Made by a program: the position numbers and the translations under genes
Notes under the pieces: model-generated
Databases searched by the model: none
The model's input: only the letters and a program-made list of their open reading frames with translations
What the model was told of the DNA's origin: nothing
Part shown: in pieces, positions 55,017 through 64,000 of the stretch
Layout of the letters: each line of letters opens with the position of its first letter
Position numbering within the stretch: the first letter of the stretch is position 1
DNA from: Deinococcales bacterium
GTDB lineage: Bacteria > Deinococcota > Deinococci > Deinococcales > JAAFIG01
Length of the DNA stretch: 64,000 nucleotides
NCBI GenBank assembly: GCA_031414595.1
Contig: JANNVX010000033.1
Coordinates: 1 to 64,000, forward strand
Reading direction: 5' to 3'

Positions 55017-56762
55017 ATGGATATTTTCTTTTCGTATGTTCTGCTGTTCGCGCTTGCATTGCCACTTGGTTGGTATATGGCACGGGTGTTCTCGAGTCAA
55101 CCCACTTTTTTAGACCCTATTTTTAATTGGCTCGAGCATCTGATTTTTAGGGTGCTGCGGGTTAATCCGCGTCAGGGCATGACGTGGCGCGGCTATGCCT
55201 TGGCACTGCTTTTTAGCAATATCCCAATTGGTGTATTGGCGTACCTGATTTTTGTTTTTCAGGGCAGTTTGCCACTGAACCCAGACAACATTCCAAGTAT
55301 GTCATGGGATTTAGCCCTGCACACGGCGGCTAGTTTTATCACCAATACCAATCAGCAGCATTATTCTGGTCAAGCCCAACTCTCGTATTTTTCGCAGTTA
55401 ATCGCCATTGTCACAATGATGTTTGTGACTCCTGCGGCGGGTTTAGCGGCAATGGTGGCGGTGCTGCGTGGCATTACTGGCGGTCTGCGACCTGAAGGCA
55501 GCATTGGTGCAATTCCAGTTGCCAATCTGGGTAATTATTATGTGGATGTCACCAAGGCATTAACTCGAGTCTTACTGCCATTATCGTTTGTGTTGGCACT
55601 GATTTTAACGTGGCAGGGCGTTCCAAGTACCTTCGACGCGGCAAAAACCGCGACCCTTCTCGAGCCAAACGCAGAAATCACCACTCAGACCATTCCAGTC
55701 GGACCTGTCGCGGCAATGGTGGCAATTAAGCAACTTGGTACAAACGGCGGTGGTTGGTATGGACCTAACAGCGCTGTGCCGCTCGAGAATCCCACGCCGC
55801 TCAGTAATTTGTTGCAAATGCTGAGTATTTTGTTGATTCCAATGGCAAGTATTTTTATGGTTGGGTTTTTTACCAAGCGCCCAAGTTTTGGAATCTCGGT
55901 CATGGGAATTATGGTGCTTCTGAGTGCAACCTTAACATTGTTAATTGTGCCAGCCGCATTAGCTCCTAATCCTGCTTTTACAGGTTTAGCAGTTCAATCC
56001 CCAAATCTCGAGGGGATCGAACAGCGTTTTGGTACAACCCTTTCGGCACTCTGGGCAACGTGGACAACCCAAACCAGCAACGGCAGTGTCAATGCAATGC
56101 ACGACAGCCTCAATCCACTAGCTGGGCTTGTGCCGCTTGTGGGGATGTGGCTGAACATGACCTTTGGCGGTGACGGCGTGGGTTTTTTGAACTTTTTTAT
56201 TTATTTAACGATTGCGGTCTTTATTGCTGGTTTGATGGTCGGGCGTACCCCAGAACTCTTTGGGCGTAAAATCGAGGCTCGAGAAATGAAATTGGCTTCG
56301 ATTGGTATTTTGATTGCCCCAGTTTTAATCCTTGTCCCAAGTGCTTTAACCCTTGGAATTCCGAGTTTAACCGCCAATTCCAACCCTGGTTTTCATGGAT
56401 TAAGCCAAGTGGTTTATGAATTCTCGAGTGCCACCGCCAATAACGGTTCGGGTTTTGAGGGCTTGGGCGACAACACCGTGTGGTGGAACGTCATGACTTC
56501 GGTCTGTTTGATTCTGGCACGGTTTATTCCGATGATTGTGCCGCTCGCCATTGCGGGTTTTCTGGGGGCTAAAAAAGCTGCGCCAGCCAGTGCTGGAACG
56601 TTGCGGGTGGACACACCGATTTTTGCGGTCACAACCCTAAGCGTGATTCTGATTGTCGGGGCGTTATCATACTTTCCCTTAGCGGTCATGGGTCCAATTG
56701 CCGAACATCTGACCCTTGGGCAACCCCTGCCGCAACCTGTTCCACTTGAAGGTGTGAAATAA
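55017..56762 (+). CDS. kdpA: K+-transporting ATPase subunit A
   Basis: [41 protein letters not shown]. Confidence 0.96.
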   Translation: MDIFFSYVLLFALALPLGWYMARVFSSQPTFLDPIFNWLEHLIFRVLRVNPRQGMTWRGYALALLFSNIPIGVLAYLIFVFQGSLPLNPDNIPSMSWDLALHTAASFITNTNQQHYSGQAQLSYFSQLIAIVTMMFVTPAAGLAAMVAVLRGITGGLRPEGSIGAIPVANLGNYYVDVTKALTRVLLPLSFVLALILTWQGVPSTFDAAKTATLLEPNAEITTQTIPVGPVAAMVAIKQLGTNGGGWYGPNSAVPLENPTPLSNLLQMLSILLIPMASIFMVGFFTKRPSFGISVMGIMVLLSATLTLLIVPAALAPNPAFTGLAVQSPNLEGIEQRFGTTLSALWATWTTQTSNGSVNAMHDSLNPLAGLVPLVGMWLNMTFGGDGVGFLNFFIYLTIAVFIAGLMVGRTPELFGRKIEAREMKLASIGILIAPVLILVPSALTLGIPSLTANSNPGFHGLSQVVYEFSSATANNGSGFEGLGDNTVWWNVMTSVCLILARFIPMIVPLAIAGFLGAKKAAPASAGTLRVDTPIFAVTTLSVILIVGALSYFPLAVMGPIAEHLTLGQPLPQPVPLEGVK

Positions 56763-58804
56763 TGCAACAAACTGTTAAGAATCGCCGTGCTGCGGCAATT
56801 ATTCCCGAAGGTAAACTTGGTGGCTTAATTGTTGAAAGCGCCAAAAAACTCAATCCGATTTATTTAGCCAAAAACCCTGTGATGTTTATTGTGCTGATTG
56901 GCACAGCCGTGACGCTTTTTCTAACCCTCGAGAAATTATTTTCAAGTCAAACTTTTGCCTACGAATTGGTCATCACGGTGCTATTGTTGCTAACCGTACT
57001 TTTTGCCACTTTTGCCGAAAGTGTCGCCGAGGCTCGGGGTAAAGCCCAAGCTGCCAGTTTGCGTTCGGCTCGAGCCGACACGCCAGCCAATCGGTTGCTG
57101 GGCAACGGACAAACCGAGGTTATCTCGAGTACCAGCTTAAAACAAAACGATTTGGTGCTGGTCTCTGTCGGGCAACTGATTCCAGCCGACGGCGAGATTG
57201 TGACTGGTCTAGCAATGGTGGACGAAAGCGCCATCACGGGCGAATCTGCGCCTGTACTGCGTGAAGCTGGCGGTGATTTCTCGAGCGTGACAGGTGGAAC
57301 AAAAGTCATTTCTGACCAGATTACGGTTAAAATTACCAACTTGCCCGGCGAGAGTTTTTTAGATCGCATGATTGCTTTGGTCGAGGGCGCAAACCGCCAA
57401 AAAACCCCAAACGAAATTGCACTGGGGATACTGCTGGCGGGTTTTACCCTAATTTTTGTGCTGGTGGTCGTTACCCTGCTGCCGTTAGCAGCTTTTATTG
57501 GTGTACGGCTCGAGGTCACAACACTGGTGGCGCTGTTGGTTTGCTTGATTCCGACTACAATTGGTGGTTTATTACCCGCGATTGGTATTGCTGGTATGGA
57601 CAGGGCGCTGCGTGCCAATATCATTGCTAAGTCTGGGCGAGCCGTCGAAGTGGCTGGCGACATTGACACCTTACTTTTAGATAAGACTGGCACGATTACC
57701 CTTGGCAACCGCCAAGCGACGGCATTTTTACCTGTGTCGGGCGTAACCGAAGAGCGCCTCGCTAAAGCCGCTCATTTATCCAGTTTAGCCGATAACACCC
57801 CCGAAGGAAAAAGCATTGTCGAACTAGCCATTCTGCGTGGCTCGAGGGTAGATGCTGGACTGCGCGATGTGGCAGAGTTTATTGAATTTACGGCGCAGAC
57901 CCGCATGAGTGGGGTCAACATCCCAGATGGTAAACAAATTCGTAAAGGCGCACCAGACCGCATGATGCGCCTCGTCAAAGATAGTTTTCATACTGTTCCC
58001 AAAGAACTGCAAGATGATGTCGAAAAAGTGGCTCGAGGTGGTGGTACACCCTTAATTGTTATCGAGGACGGCGAAGCGCTTGGCGTGGTGGCACTCTCGG
58101 ACATTGTTAAAAAAGGCATTAAAGAACGCTTTGCCCAGTTGCGTGCCATGGGTTTACGCACCGTCATGATTACCGGCGATAACCCACTGACCGCTAAAGC
58201 GATTGCCGAAGAAGCTGGCGTAGACGATTTTTTAGCCGAAGCCACACCCGAAGATAAAATGCGCCTGATTAAAGCCGAGCAGCAAAAAGGCAAATTGGTG
58301 GCGATGATGGGCGACGGCACAAACGACGCGCCCGCCCTTGCTCAAGCCGACGTTGGGCTTGCCATGAACAGTGGCACACAAGCTGCTAAAGAAGCCGGCA
58401 ACATGGTGGATTTGGATTCTGACCCGACCAAACTGCTCGAGGTTGTGGAAATCGGTAAGCAGCTTTTAATCACAAGAGGCGCATTAACCACTTTTAGCAT
58501 TGCCAACGATGTCGCCAAGTATTTTGCGATTATTCCCGCGATGTTTGCTGGCACAATTCCAGCCATGAAAGCCCTTGATATTATGCAACTCTCGAGTCCA
58601 GAAAGTGCGATTCTAAGCGCCGTGATTTTTAATGCGGCTGTCATTCCACTGCTGATTCCAGTTGCCCTGCGTGGTGTCTCGTACCGCCCCATGAGCGCCG
58701 ATGCGATTCTGACCCGCAACTTACTGATTTACGGACTTGGCGGCGTGATTGTGCCATTTATTGGTATCAAAGCCATAGATTTATTGGTTGGATTGGTTTT
58801 TTAA
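56762..58804 (+). CDS. kdpB: K+-transporting ATPase subunit B
   Basis: [27 protein letters not shown]. Confidence 0.97.
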   Translation: MQQTVKNRRAAAIIPEGKLGGLIVESAKKLNPIYLAKNPVMFIVLIGTAVTLFLTLEKLFSSQTFAYELVITVLLLLTVLFATFAESVAEARGKAQAASLRSARADTPANRLLGNGQTEVISSTSLKQNDLVLVSVGQLIPADGEIVTGLAMVDESAITGESAPVLREAGGDFSSVTGGTKVISDQITVKITNLPGESFLDRMIALVEGANRQKTPNEIALGILLAGFTLIFVLVVVTLLPLAAFIGVRLEVTTLVALLVCLIPTTIGGLLPAIGIAGMDRALRANIIAKSGRAVEVAGDIDTLLLDKTGTITLGNRQATAFLPVSGVTEERLAKAAHLSSLADNTPEGKSIVELAILRGSRVDAGLRDVAEFIEFTAQTRMSGVNIPDGKQIRKGAPDRMMRLVKDSFHTVPKELQDDVEKVARGGGTPLIVIEDGEALGVVALSDIVKKGIKERFAQLRAMGLRTVMITGDNPLTAKAIAEEAGVDDFLAEATPEDKMRLIKAEQQKGKLVAMMGDGTNDAPALAQADVGLAMNSGTQAAKEAGNMVDLDSDPTKLLEVVEIGKQLLITRGALTTFSIANDVAKYFAIIPAMFAGTIPAMKALDIMQLSSPESAILSAVIFNAAVIPLLIPVALRGVSYRPMSADAILTRNLLIYGLGGVIVPFIGIKAIDLLVGLVF

Positions 58805-58812
58805 GGAGATTT

Positions 58813-59439
58813 ATGCGGAATATCAAAATGCTAGAACCAGAACTCGACTCGAGGGGCGGTAACATTGGTACTTGGCTGGGCTTTACAATCATCATGACGA
58901 TTTTCTTTGGTTTGATTTACCCAGTGGTCACAACATTTCTTGGACAGATACTTTTCCCACTTCAAGCCCGTGGTTCTTTGCTCGAGAAGAACGGTACTGT
59001 GGTTGGCTCGAGCCTGATTGGGCAATCTTTTAGCGGCGCAAAATACTTTATTGGGCGACCGTCAAGCGCTGGTAAGGGATACGACCCAACCAGTGCCAGT
59101 GGCAGTAACTTAGCCGTTAGCAATCCAGCTTTACGCCAACGCGCCACAGCTACTGCCCAAGAAATTGCGGTTCGAGAAGACATACAACTCGAGCAAATTC
59201 CAATGGATTTAATCACCGCCAGTGGTTCAGGTTTAGACCCGCACATCAGTACAGCAGCCGCCGAAATTCAAATTACTCGAGTTGCCAAGGCGCGTGGTAT
59301 AAGCCAAAACTTGGTGCGTCAGGCAGTCCAAAAACAAACCGAACAGCCCTTGTGGGGGGTGTTCGGTTTGGCTCGAGTTAATGTGCTTAAACTCAATTTA
59401 GAACTTGATAGACTATCGCCTACCAAGTCTGGGACGTAA
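58813..59439 (+). CDS. kdpC: K+-transporting ATPase subunit C
   Basis: GSSLIGQ, SGSNL, TASGSGLDPHIS, VNVLKLN. Confidence 0.95.
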   Translation: MRNIKMLEPELDSRGGNIGTWLGFTIIMTIFFGLIYPVVTTFLGQILFPLQARGSLLEKNGTVVGSSLIGQSFSGAKYFIGRPSSAGKGYDPTSASGSNLAVSNPALRQRATATAQEIAVREDIQLEQIPMDLITASGSGLDPHISTAAAEIQITRVAKARGISQNLVRQAVQKQTEQPLWGVFGLARVNVLKLNLELDRLSPTKSGT

Positions 59440-59458
59440 TTTTATGTGCGTCCCATTT

Positions 59459-60658
59459 TTAGAATTTGATAGGCAGTGCTTTTAATCCCCGTGGTACAAA
59501 ACTTCTTGCCCAACGCAGTTCTTCGGGTTTAACTGCCAATGTTAAGTTCGGTAAACGCTCAAATAGTACACTAAATGCCACACTCGCCTCGAGCCGAGCA
59601 AGGGGCGCTCCAACGCAGTAGTGCATTCCCATCCCAAAACCAAGATGTTTGTTGTTCTCACGGTCTAGCATCAGGTTTTGCGGATTTTCAAAACGCTGTT
59701 CGTCGTGGTTGGCAGACCCCAGTCCAGCATAGACCACATCGCCTTGGCGGATGCTTGTACCAGCAATCTCAACGTTCTGGGCGGCATAGCGTGGTGTGGC
59801 AATCATGATTGGGGCGGTAAAACGCATCAGTTCTTCGATGGCGGGCTTCATCAGACTCGGTTCGGTTTTTAGGCGCTCGAGTTGCTCGGGGTTGGTCAGT
59901 AGTGCTAATGCGCCATTGCCAATCAGGTTAGCCGTGGTTTCTTGTCCTGCCGAAAGCAGCAATCCAGCCATGCCAAGCAGTTCATCTTGGCTTAAGCTCG
60001 AGCCGTTTTCTTCGGCTTTTAAGAGGGCTGATGTTAAGTTATCTCGAGGATTCTGGCGGTGTTCTTGGAATAAGCGTTTTAAGTATTGTGCCAATTGGTA
60101 AATACTTGGTAGGGCAGTAATTCCATCGAGCGGTGCGCTGATGCTGACCATTTTTAATGACCAATGATGAAAATTAAGGCGATCTTTTTCTTGCACACCA
60201 AGCATTTCGCTGATAATCGTCATCGGGATTTGGGCAGCGAAATCTTTGATTAAATCCATTTCGCCTCTTTGAATGGCTTGGTCAATTAACTGATGCGAAA
60301 GTTTGGTCACATGGTCGTGCATTTGGGCAATTAAACGCGGCATAAAGGCTTGATGCACCAAGCCGCGCAAACGGGTGTGGTCTGGTACATCGGTCTCGAG
60401 CATATTGGTTTGTAGTGCTTTGATAAAACTTGGCATTGGGATTTGGCGTTGATTTAGGCTGCGTTGGTTTTTGACAAATCGCGTATCGTCTTTAAGTAAA
60501 TTCTCGACATCGTTATAGCGTGTCACCAACCAAGCTCGAGAGGCGAGCATATCGCGGATGGGAACAACAGGGGTTTGCTCGCGCCACTGCTTAAACATGG
60601 GGAACGGGTTAGCACGAAAACTTGGGTTGCTGATGTCTATTGGTTTCATTTGCGGCAT
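59459..60658 (-). CDS. Cytochrome P450
   Basis: PDHTRLR, AGQETT, EELMR, FGMGMHYCVG heme motif. Confidence 0.95.
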   Translation of the reverse strand: MPQMKPIDISNPSFRANPFPMFKQWREQTPVVPIRDMLASRAWLVTRYNDVENLLKDDTRFVKNQRSLNQRQIPMPSFIKALQTNMLETDVPDHTRLRGLVHQAFMPRLIAQMHDHVTKLSHQLIDQAIQRGEMDLIKDFAAQIPMTIISEMLGVQEKDRLNFHHWSLKMVSISAPLDGITALPSIYQLAQYLKRLFQEHRQNPRDNLTSALLKAEENGSSLSQDELLGMAGLLLSAGQETTANLIGNGALALLTNPEQLERLKTEPSLMKPAIEELMRFTAPIMIATPRYAAQNVEIAGTSIRQGDVVYAGLGSANHDEQRFENPQNLMLDRENNKHLGFGMGMHYCVGAPLARLEASVAFSVLFERLPNLTLAVKPEELRWARSFVPRGLKALPIKF

Positions 60659-60679
60659 AAGGTGTTTCTCCGAAGAATT

Positions 60680-61897
60680 CTAAAAACTAAGTGTAAGCCC
60701 AAAGCGAATTTGAATTCCAAACGCCCCGCTTGGATTGAGGCTCGAGCCTAACGCACCGTAATTCAAGCTGGCATTGGTCTTGAAACTCAGTCCATCGGCG
60801 AGGGTATAGCTTAAATTGGGTGCAAAAACACCACTGCCATCAGTCAGGCTTTGTACCCAAGCGGCACTGAGGCTGGTGCGGTTATCAAGCGCATAACTGG
60901 CAATCAGCGCAGCGTTCACGCCAAACGTATCCTCCAGACCCATTTCGCCTTTTTGCCAACGAAAGTTAAGTAATCCTGTCAGACCAATCTCAGAGACTCG
61001 AGTTTCGGCTTGAACAGTAAACGCAAAAGCATGATTGCCGATTTCGGGATTCGTGCCATTTGGGTCTTGGGTGAAGGTATATGAAGTCTCGGCACGAATC
61101 GCAACTTCGTTAAGGCTGATGTTGGTTTCTAAACCAAGCACATGAATCCAGTCGTAATTCAGCACAGGCTGAGCAATAAATTCGCCAGCTTTGGCAGTCG
61201 GTAGTAAACGCACGGTTGGGGTTGGCGTGTGCCGATAACCCCTGTAAAAACTGATACTAAAATCTGCACCGTCAAAAATATCGAGGTTGCTCGAGAAGCG
61301 CAGACCATACTGGGTATTCTCGAGCCGAGCGGTTGGGCGGTTATCTATTGGGGCGTTCTGTCCGACAATCGTTATCCCGGGCGGTGGGGTTGGGACTAAC
61401 AGGGCAAAAACGGGCAAGACACTGGGCGTAAAACCGGGTGCAAGCAGACCCTCGAGCCTTGCAGTATCGGAAAAATTCCAAACTGCCCGTAAGACTGGTA
61501 TGGCAAGGCGTTCTTGGCTGGTAAAATCCTGTGGGTTGACATTGCTGACCGAACCCAATAAATCCACTGCGCCCCAATTGACCAACAAATTCCCTGCACT
61601 CAGGTCAAAATCTCCAAGGTAAGCAGTGATAAACGTTTCGCCCAAAGTCACTCGAGTTGTGCCGGTTGCGGCATCAAAACCAGACTTGAGATTGGCGGCA
61701 AAGGCAGCACTCGGGGCTTCTTCTGTGCCAAGCGAACCCGAAAATTTAAGCGTAAAAGCTGTGTTTCCTAAAACTGCACCGCTCGAGACCAAACCAAACT
61801 GCGCCTCGAGAACGCCACCGATTGAAAAACGAGAAGTTTGAGCCAAGCCACTCGAGCCAAGCAGCAGTGCAATCAAGATTAAAATAATTTTAGGCAT
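60680..61897 (-). CDS. Putative outer-membrane beta-barrel protein (DUF1302-like)
   Basis: Signal peptide, G...VNWG..D..NP motif, alternating strands, C-terminal Phe. Confidence 0.65.
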   Translation of the reverse strand: MPKIILILIALLLGSSGLAQTSRFSIGGVLEAQFGLVSSGAVLGNTAFTLKFSGSLGTEEAPSAAFAANLKSGFDAATGTTRVTLGETFITAYLGDFDLSAGNLLVNWGAVDLLGSVSNVNPQDFTSQERLAIPVLRAVWNFSDTARLEGLLAPGFTPSVLPVFALLVPTPPPGITIVGQNAPIDNRPTARLENTQYGLRFSSNLDIFDGADFSISFYRGYRHTPTPTVRLLPTAKAGEFIAQPVLNYDWIHVLGLETNISLNEVAIRAETSYTFTQDPNGTNPEIGNHAFAFTVQAETRVSEIGLTGLLNFRWQKGEMGLEDTFGVNAALIASYALDNRTSLSAAWVQSLTDGSGVFAPNLSYTLADGLSFKTNASLNYGALGSSLNPSGAFGIQIRFGLTLSF

Positions 61898-61904
61898 GGC
61901 ATCC

Positions 61905-62654
61905 TTAGGGTTGTTTCAAAAATCGTTCGGTGAAGACGCTATCAGCAATTTCAACATCCATTTCCATAGCCGTTTGCTTAAAGGTGCTTTTTGAGCCTTG
62001 CGAGACGGTTTCCATCGAAAGGGTTTTAATCAGGTTGTAGCCTTTAATCACCCCAAACTCGAGGGCGCGAAGGGTCTTAAAAACCTTATCGCCTTTGTAG
62101 TAGTCGGTTTTTAAGGTGTTCAGGGTTTTCGCCTCTATTTCGTAAATAATTTTGTCGTAATTGCTGTTCTTTTTGGCTTTGGCTTCAATGATGTATTTGC
62201 CGTTGTCGCTCGAGGTCAGGCTGTAATTAAAGTCCTTAGTGTCGGAGCGCCCAAGGTCGCAGTAACTAAAATCCGAACCAAAAAACGCCCCATCGCAATC
62301 GCTCGAGTCTGAGCCACCAGTCGCCAGTCGGCGGGTGCGCCCAAGGGCTGGAAGGTAGAGCAGGGTTTCGGTCAGACCATTTTTCTTGATACTGAGGATT
62401 CCACTGCCTTTAATATCGGCTGGGGCAAGAAATTTGACAAGACTGCGGTCATTGCTTGCCCATGATTTCATGGTGCGCGATAAGGTCTGCCCGTTTTTGC
62501 TAATCTCGAGGTTGATTGTGCCAATACTTGACTTTGGGGTTGGGCGGTCAAGGGTGGCTTGCATCACTTCTAAACCAGTTTTATACATTTGGTTCTGAGC
62601 GAGGGTCAGCGCTCCAAGTGCAACGACGATGATACTGAATATTATTTTTTTCAT
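61905..62654 (-). CDS. Outer-membrane lipoprotein-sorting (LolA-like) protein
   Basis: FLAPADIKG, LYLPALGRTRR, FFGSDFSY.D. Confidence 0.82.
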   Translation of the reverse strand: MKKIIFSIIVVALGALTLAQNQMYKTGLEVMQATLDRPTPKSSIGTINLEISKNGQTLSRTMKSWASNDRSLVKFLAPADIKGSGILSIKKNGLTETLLYLPALGRTRRLATGGSDSSDCDGAFFGSDFSYCDLGRSDTKDFNYSLTSSDNGKYIIEAKAKKNSNYDKIIYEIEAKTLNTLKTDYYKGDKVFKTLRALEFGVIKGYNLIKTLSMETVSQGSKSTFKQTAMEMDVEIADSVFTERFLKQP

Positions 62655-64000
62655 AAGGTTGCTCCTTCATTGGTACTCGAGGTCAGGACAGGTTTTTTAA
62701 CTGGGTCACGCAAAAATTGTAAACACATGGCAGGCAGTAAAGTCAGGCTCGAGAGACCAACCGCCAGTACCGTAAAAACCATCATTTGTCCAAGGCTGGC
62801 AACGGGTTGCAACTGGCTAAAAGACAGGGCTGCAAACCCAGCCCCAAGGGTTAAAGCCGTAAACAAGATGCTGCGTCCACTGGTGACAATTGTGTTCTCG
62901 AGGGCTTGTTCTGGGGTCTGACCAAGGCGGCGTTCCTCGAGAAAGCGCACCGTCAGATGAATCGCATAATCGCCCACGCCAATTGCCAGAGCGCCAAGCA
63001 GCATCGTCGAGATGTCCAAGTCAATGCCGAGCCAACCCAATAAGCCGTACTGCAAAATCACGGTCATGATTAAACTCGAGATGGTGACCAGTGCGGCTTT
63101 GAAGCTGCGAACAAAACTATCAATAATCACCACCAAAACAATCGCCAGCGACAAACTAATAACAAAGTCGTGAATCATCACATCCTCGAGTGCCAAGCCG
63201 CTCAGGGCTTGTCCGCCGACCTTGACAGTCGCAACACCCTTAAAAACTTCTTCAGAAAGGGCTTTTATTTGATTGTAATAGCCTCTGGTGTTGCTGGTAT
63301 TTTCAAGTGGAATGCCAACCTGAATGATTGTTTGTTGCTGATTTAACGACAATTGCTGAGTAATCGCACTGGTGTCGCTGCTAGACTGGTAAATCAGGAG
63401 TTCCTGAGCCACTTTCTCGCGGCTGGCTGGAATTTGGCGCTGTCCCGTAAATAAGTGATTTAAGGTCATGACGGTATCGCTGATGCTGATGGTGTTGCCG
63501 ACTCCTGAAATTTCGGCTTTGGCTCGAGTCGTGAAGGTCTGGATGGTGTTCAGGATTTTTGGCTCGAGAATATCGCCCTCAATAAGCACAGAGATGCTGC
63601 TTGAACCACCAAAGAGTTTATCCACTTTGGCAATGTTTTTTACGGTTTGTGAGTTCTTAGGAAAAAAACTCAGATACGAGGTATTGGGTTGAATTCGGGT
63701 TGCCCCAATCAAACCAAAAATCATTAAACCAACTGCCGCCATCATCACGATTGTGCGGTGTGTGACGACATATCCTGCCAAGGCTTTAAGAATACCAGTA
63801 AGAGCGCCGCCTTGTGGTTTAACCCGCACTTTTGGAACTGGCAAAACGTTTATCAGGGCTGGCAACAAAAAAACCGCTCCAGACAACGCGCCAATAATCC
63901 CAAAAATAATCAGCGTACCAAGGTCGCGCAGCGTACCAATATCGGATAGCCACAAAGTCATCATTGAGGCAATAATTGCAATCGCACTAATCACCACCCC
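62651..64000 (-). CDS. RND/MMPL-family membrane transporter (5' part outside window)
   Basis: Multiple TM helices, AIGVGDYAIH, GRSILFTALT...GF. Confidence 0.85.
   Translation of the reverse strand, partial: GVVISAIAIIASMMTLWLSDIGTLRDLGTLIIFGIIGALSGAVFLLPALINVLPVPKVRVKPQGGALTGILKALAGYVVTHRTIVMMAAVGLMIFGLIGATRIQPNTSYLSFFPKNSQTVKNIAKVDKLFGGSSSISVLIEGDILEPKILNTIQTFTTRAKAEISGVGNTISISDTVMTLNHLFTGQRQIPASREKVAQELLIYQSSSDTSAITQQLSLNQQQTIIQVGIPLENTSNTRGYYNQIKALSEEVFKGVATVKVGGQALSGLALEDVMIHDFVISLSLAIVLVVIIDSFVRSFKAALVTISSLIMTVILQYGLLGWLGIDLDISTMLLGALAIGVGDYAIHLTVRFLEERRLGQTPEQALENTIVTSGRSILFTALTLGAGFAALSFSQLQPVASLGQMMVFTVLAVGLSSLTLLPAMCLQFLRDPVKKPVLTSSTNEGATL

Noticed and set aside
56959-57708. 249-aa minus-strand ORF
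   Set aside because: Antisense to kdpB, no recognisable motifs

Overview
A 64 kb chromosomal segment, most likely from a Deinococcota (Deinococcales-like) bacterium. The evidence is S20/L19 sequence signatures and many genes with a -10 box directly upstream of the start codon (leaderless). It is mostly housekeeping and metabolism: liv ABC genes, a carotenoid desaturase, an FMN-riboswitch-controlled RibXY-like transporter, greA, rplS, rpsT, recQ, hisF/hisIE, two tRNAs, iscR/iscS-like genes, trpS, scpA and an HD-GYP protein. The right end holds a K+-uptake (kdp) locus and a partial MMPL/LolA-like/porin/P450 operon. The most notable signals are: (1) the palindrome CTCGAG is strongly over-represented throughout; (2) the kdp locus has a split KdpD, a NarL-type regulator in place of KdpE, a shared 7-2-7 TGACCGA operator at three promoters, and two unannotated small membrane peptides; (3) a vapBC-HEPN-vapBC islet sits inside that locus; (4) a truncated four-helix-bundle gene in the his operon is enclosed by inverted heptamer-repeat arms; (5) GTAG-type REP/MITE elements occur, one of them translated in frame inside recQ; (6) there is a self-contained unit of promoter, 31-codon ORF and terminator. 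No CRISPR array, integrase or transposase was seen. All calls were made by eye from motifs; no database searches were run.
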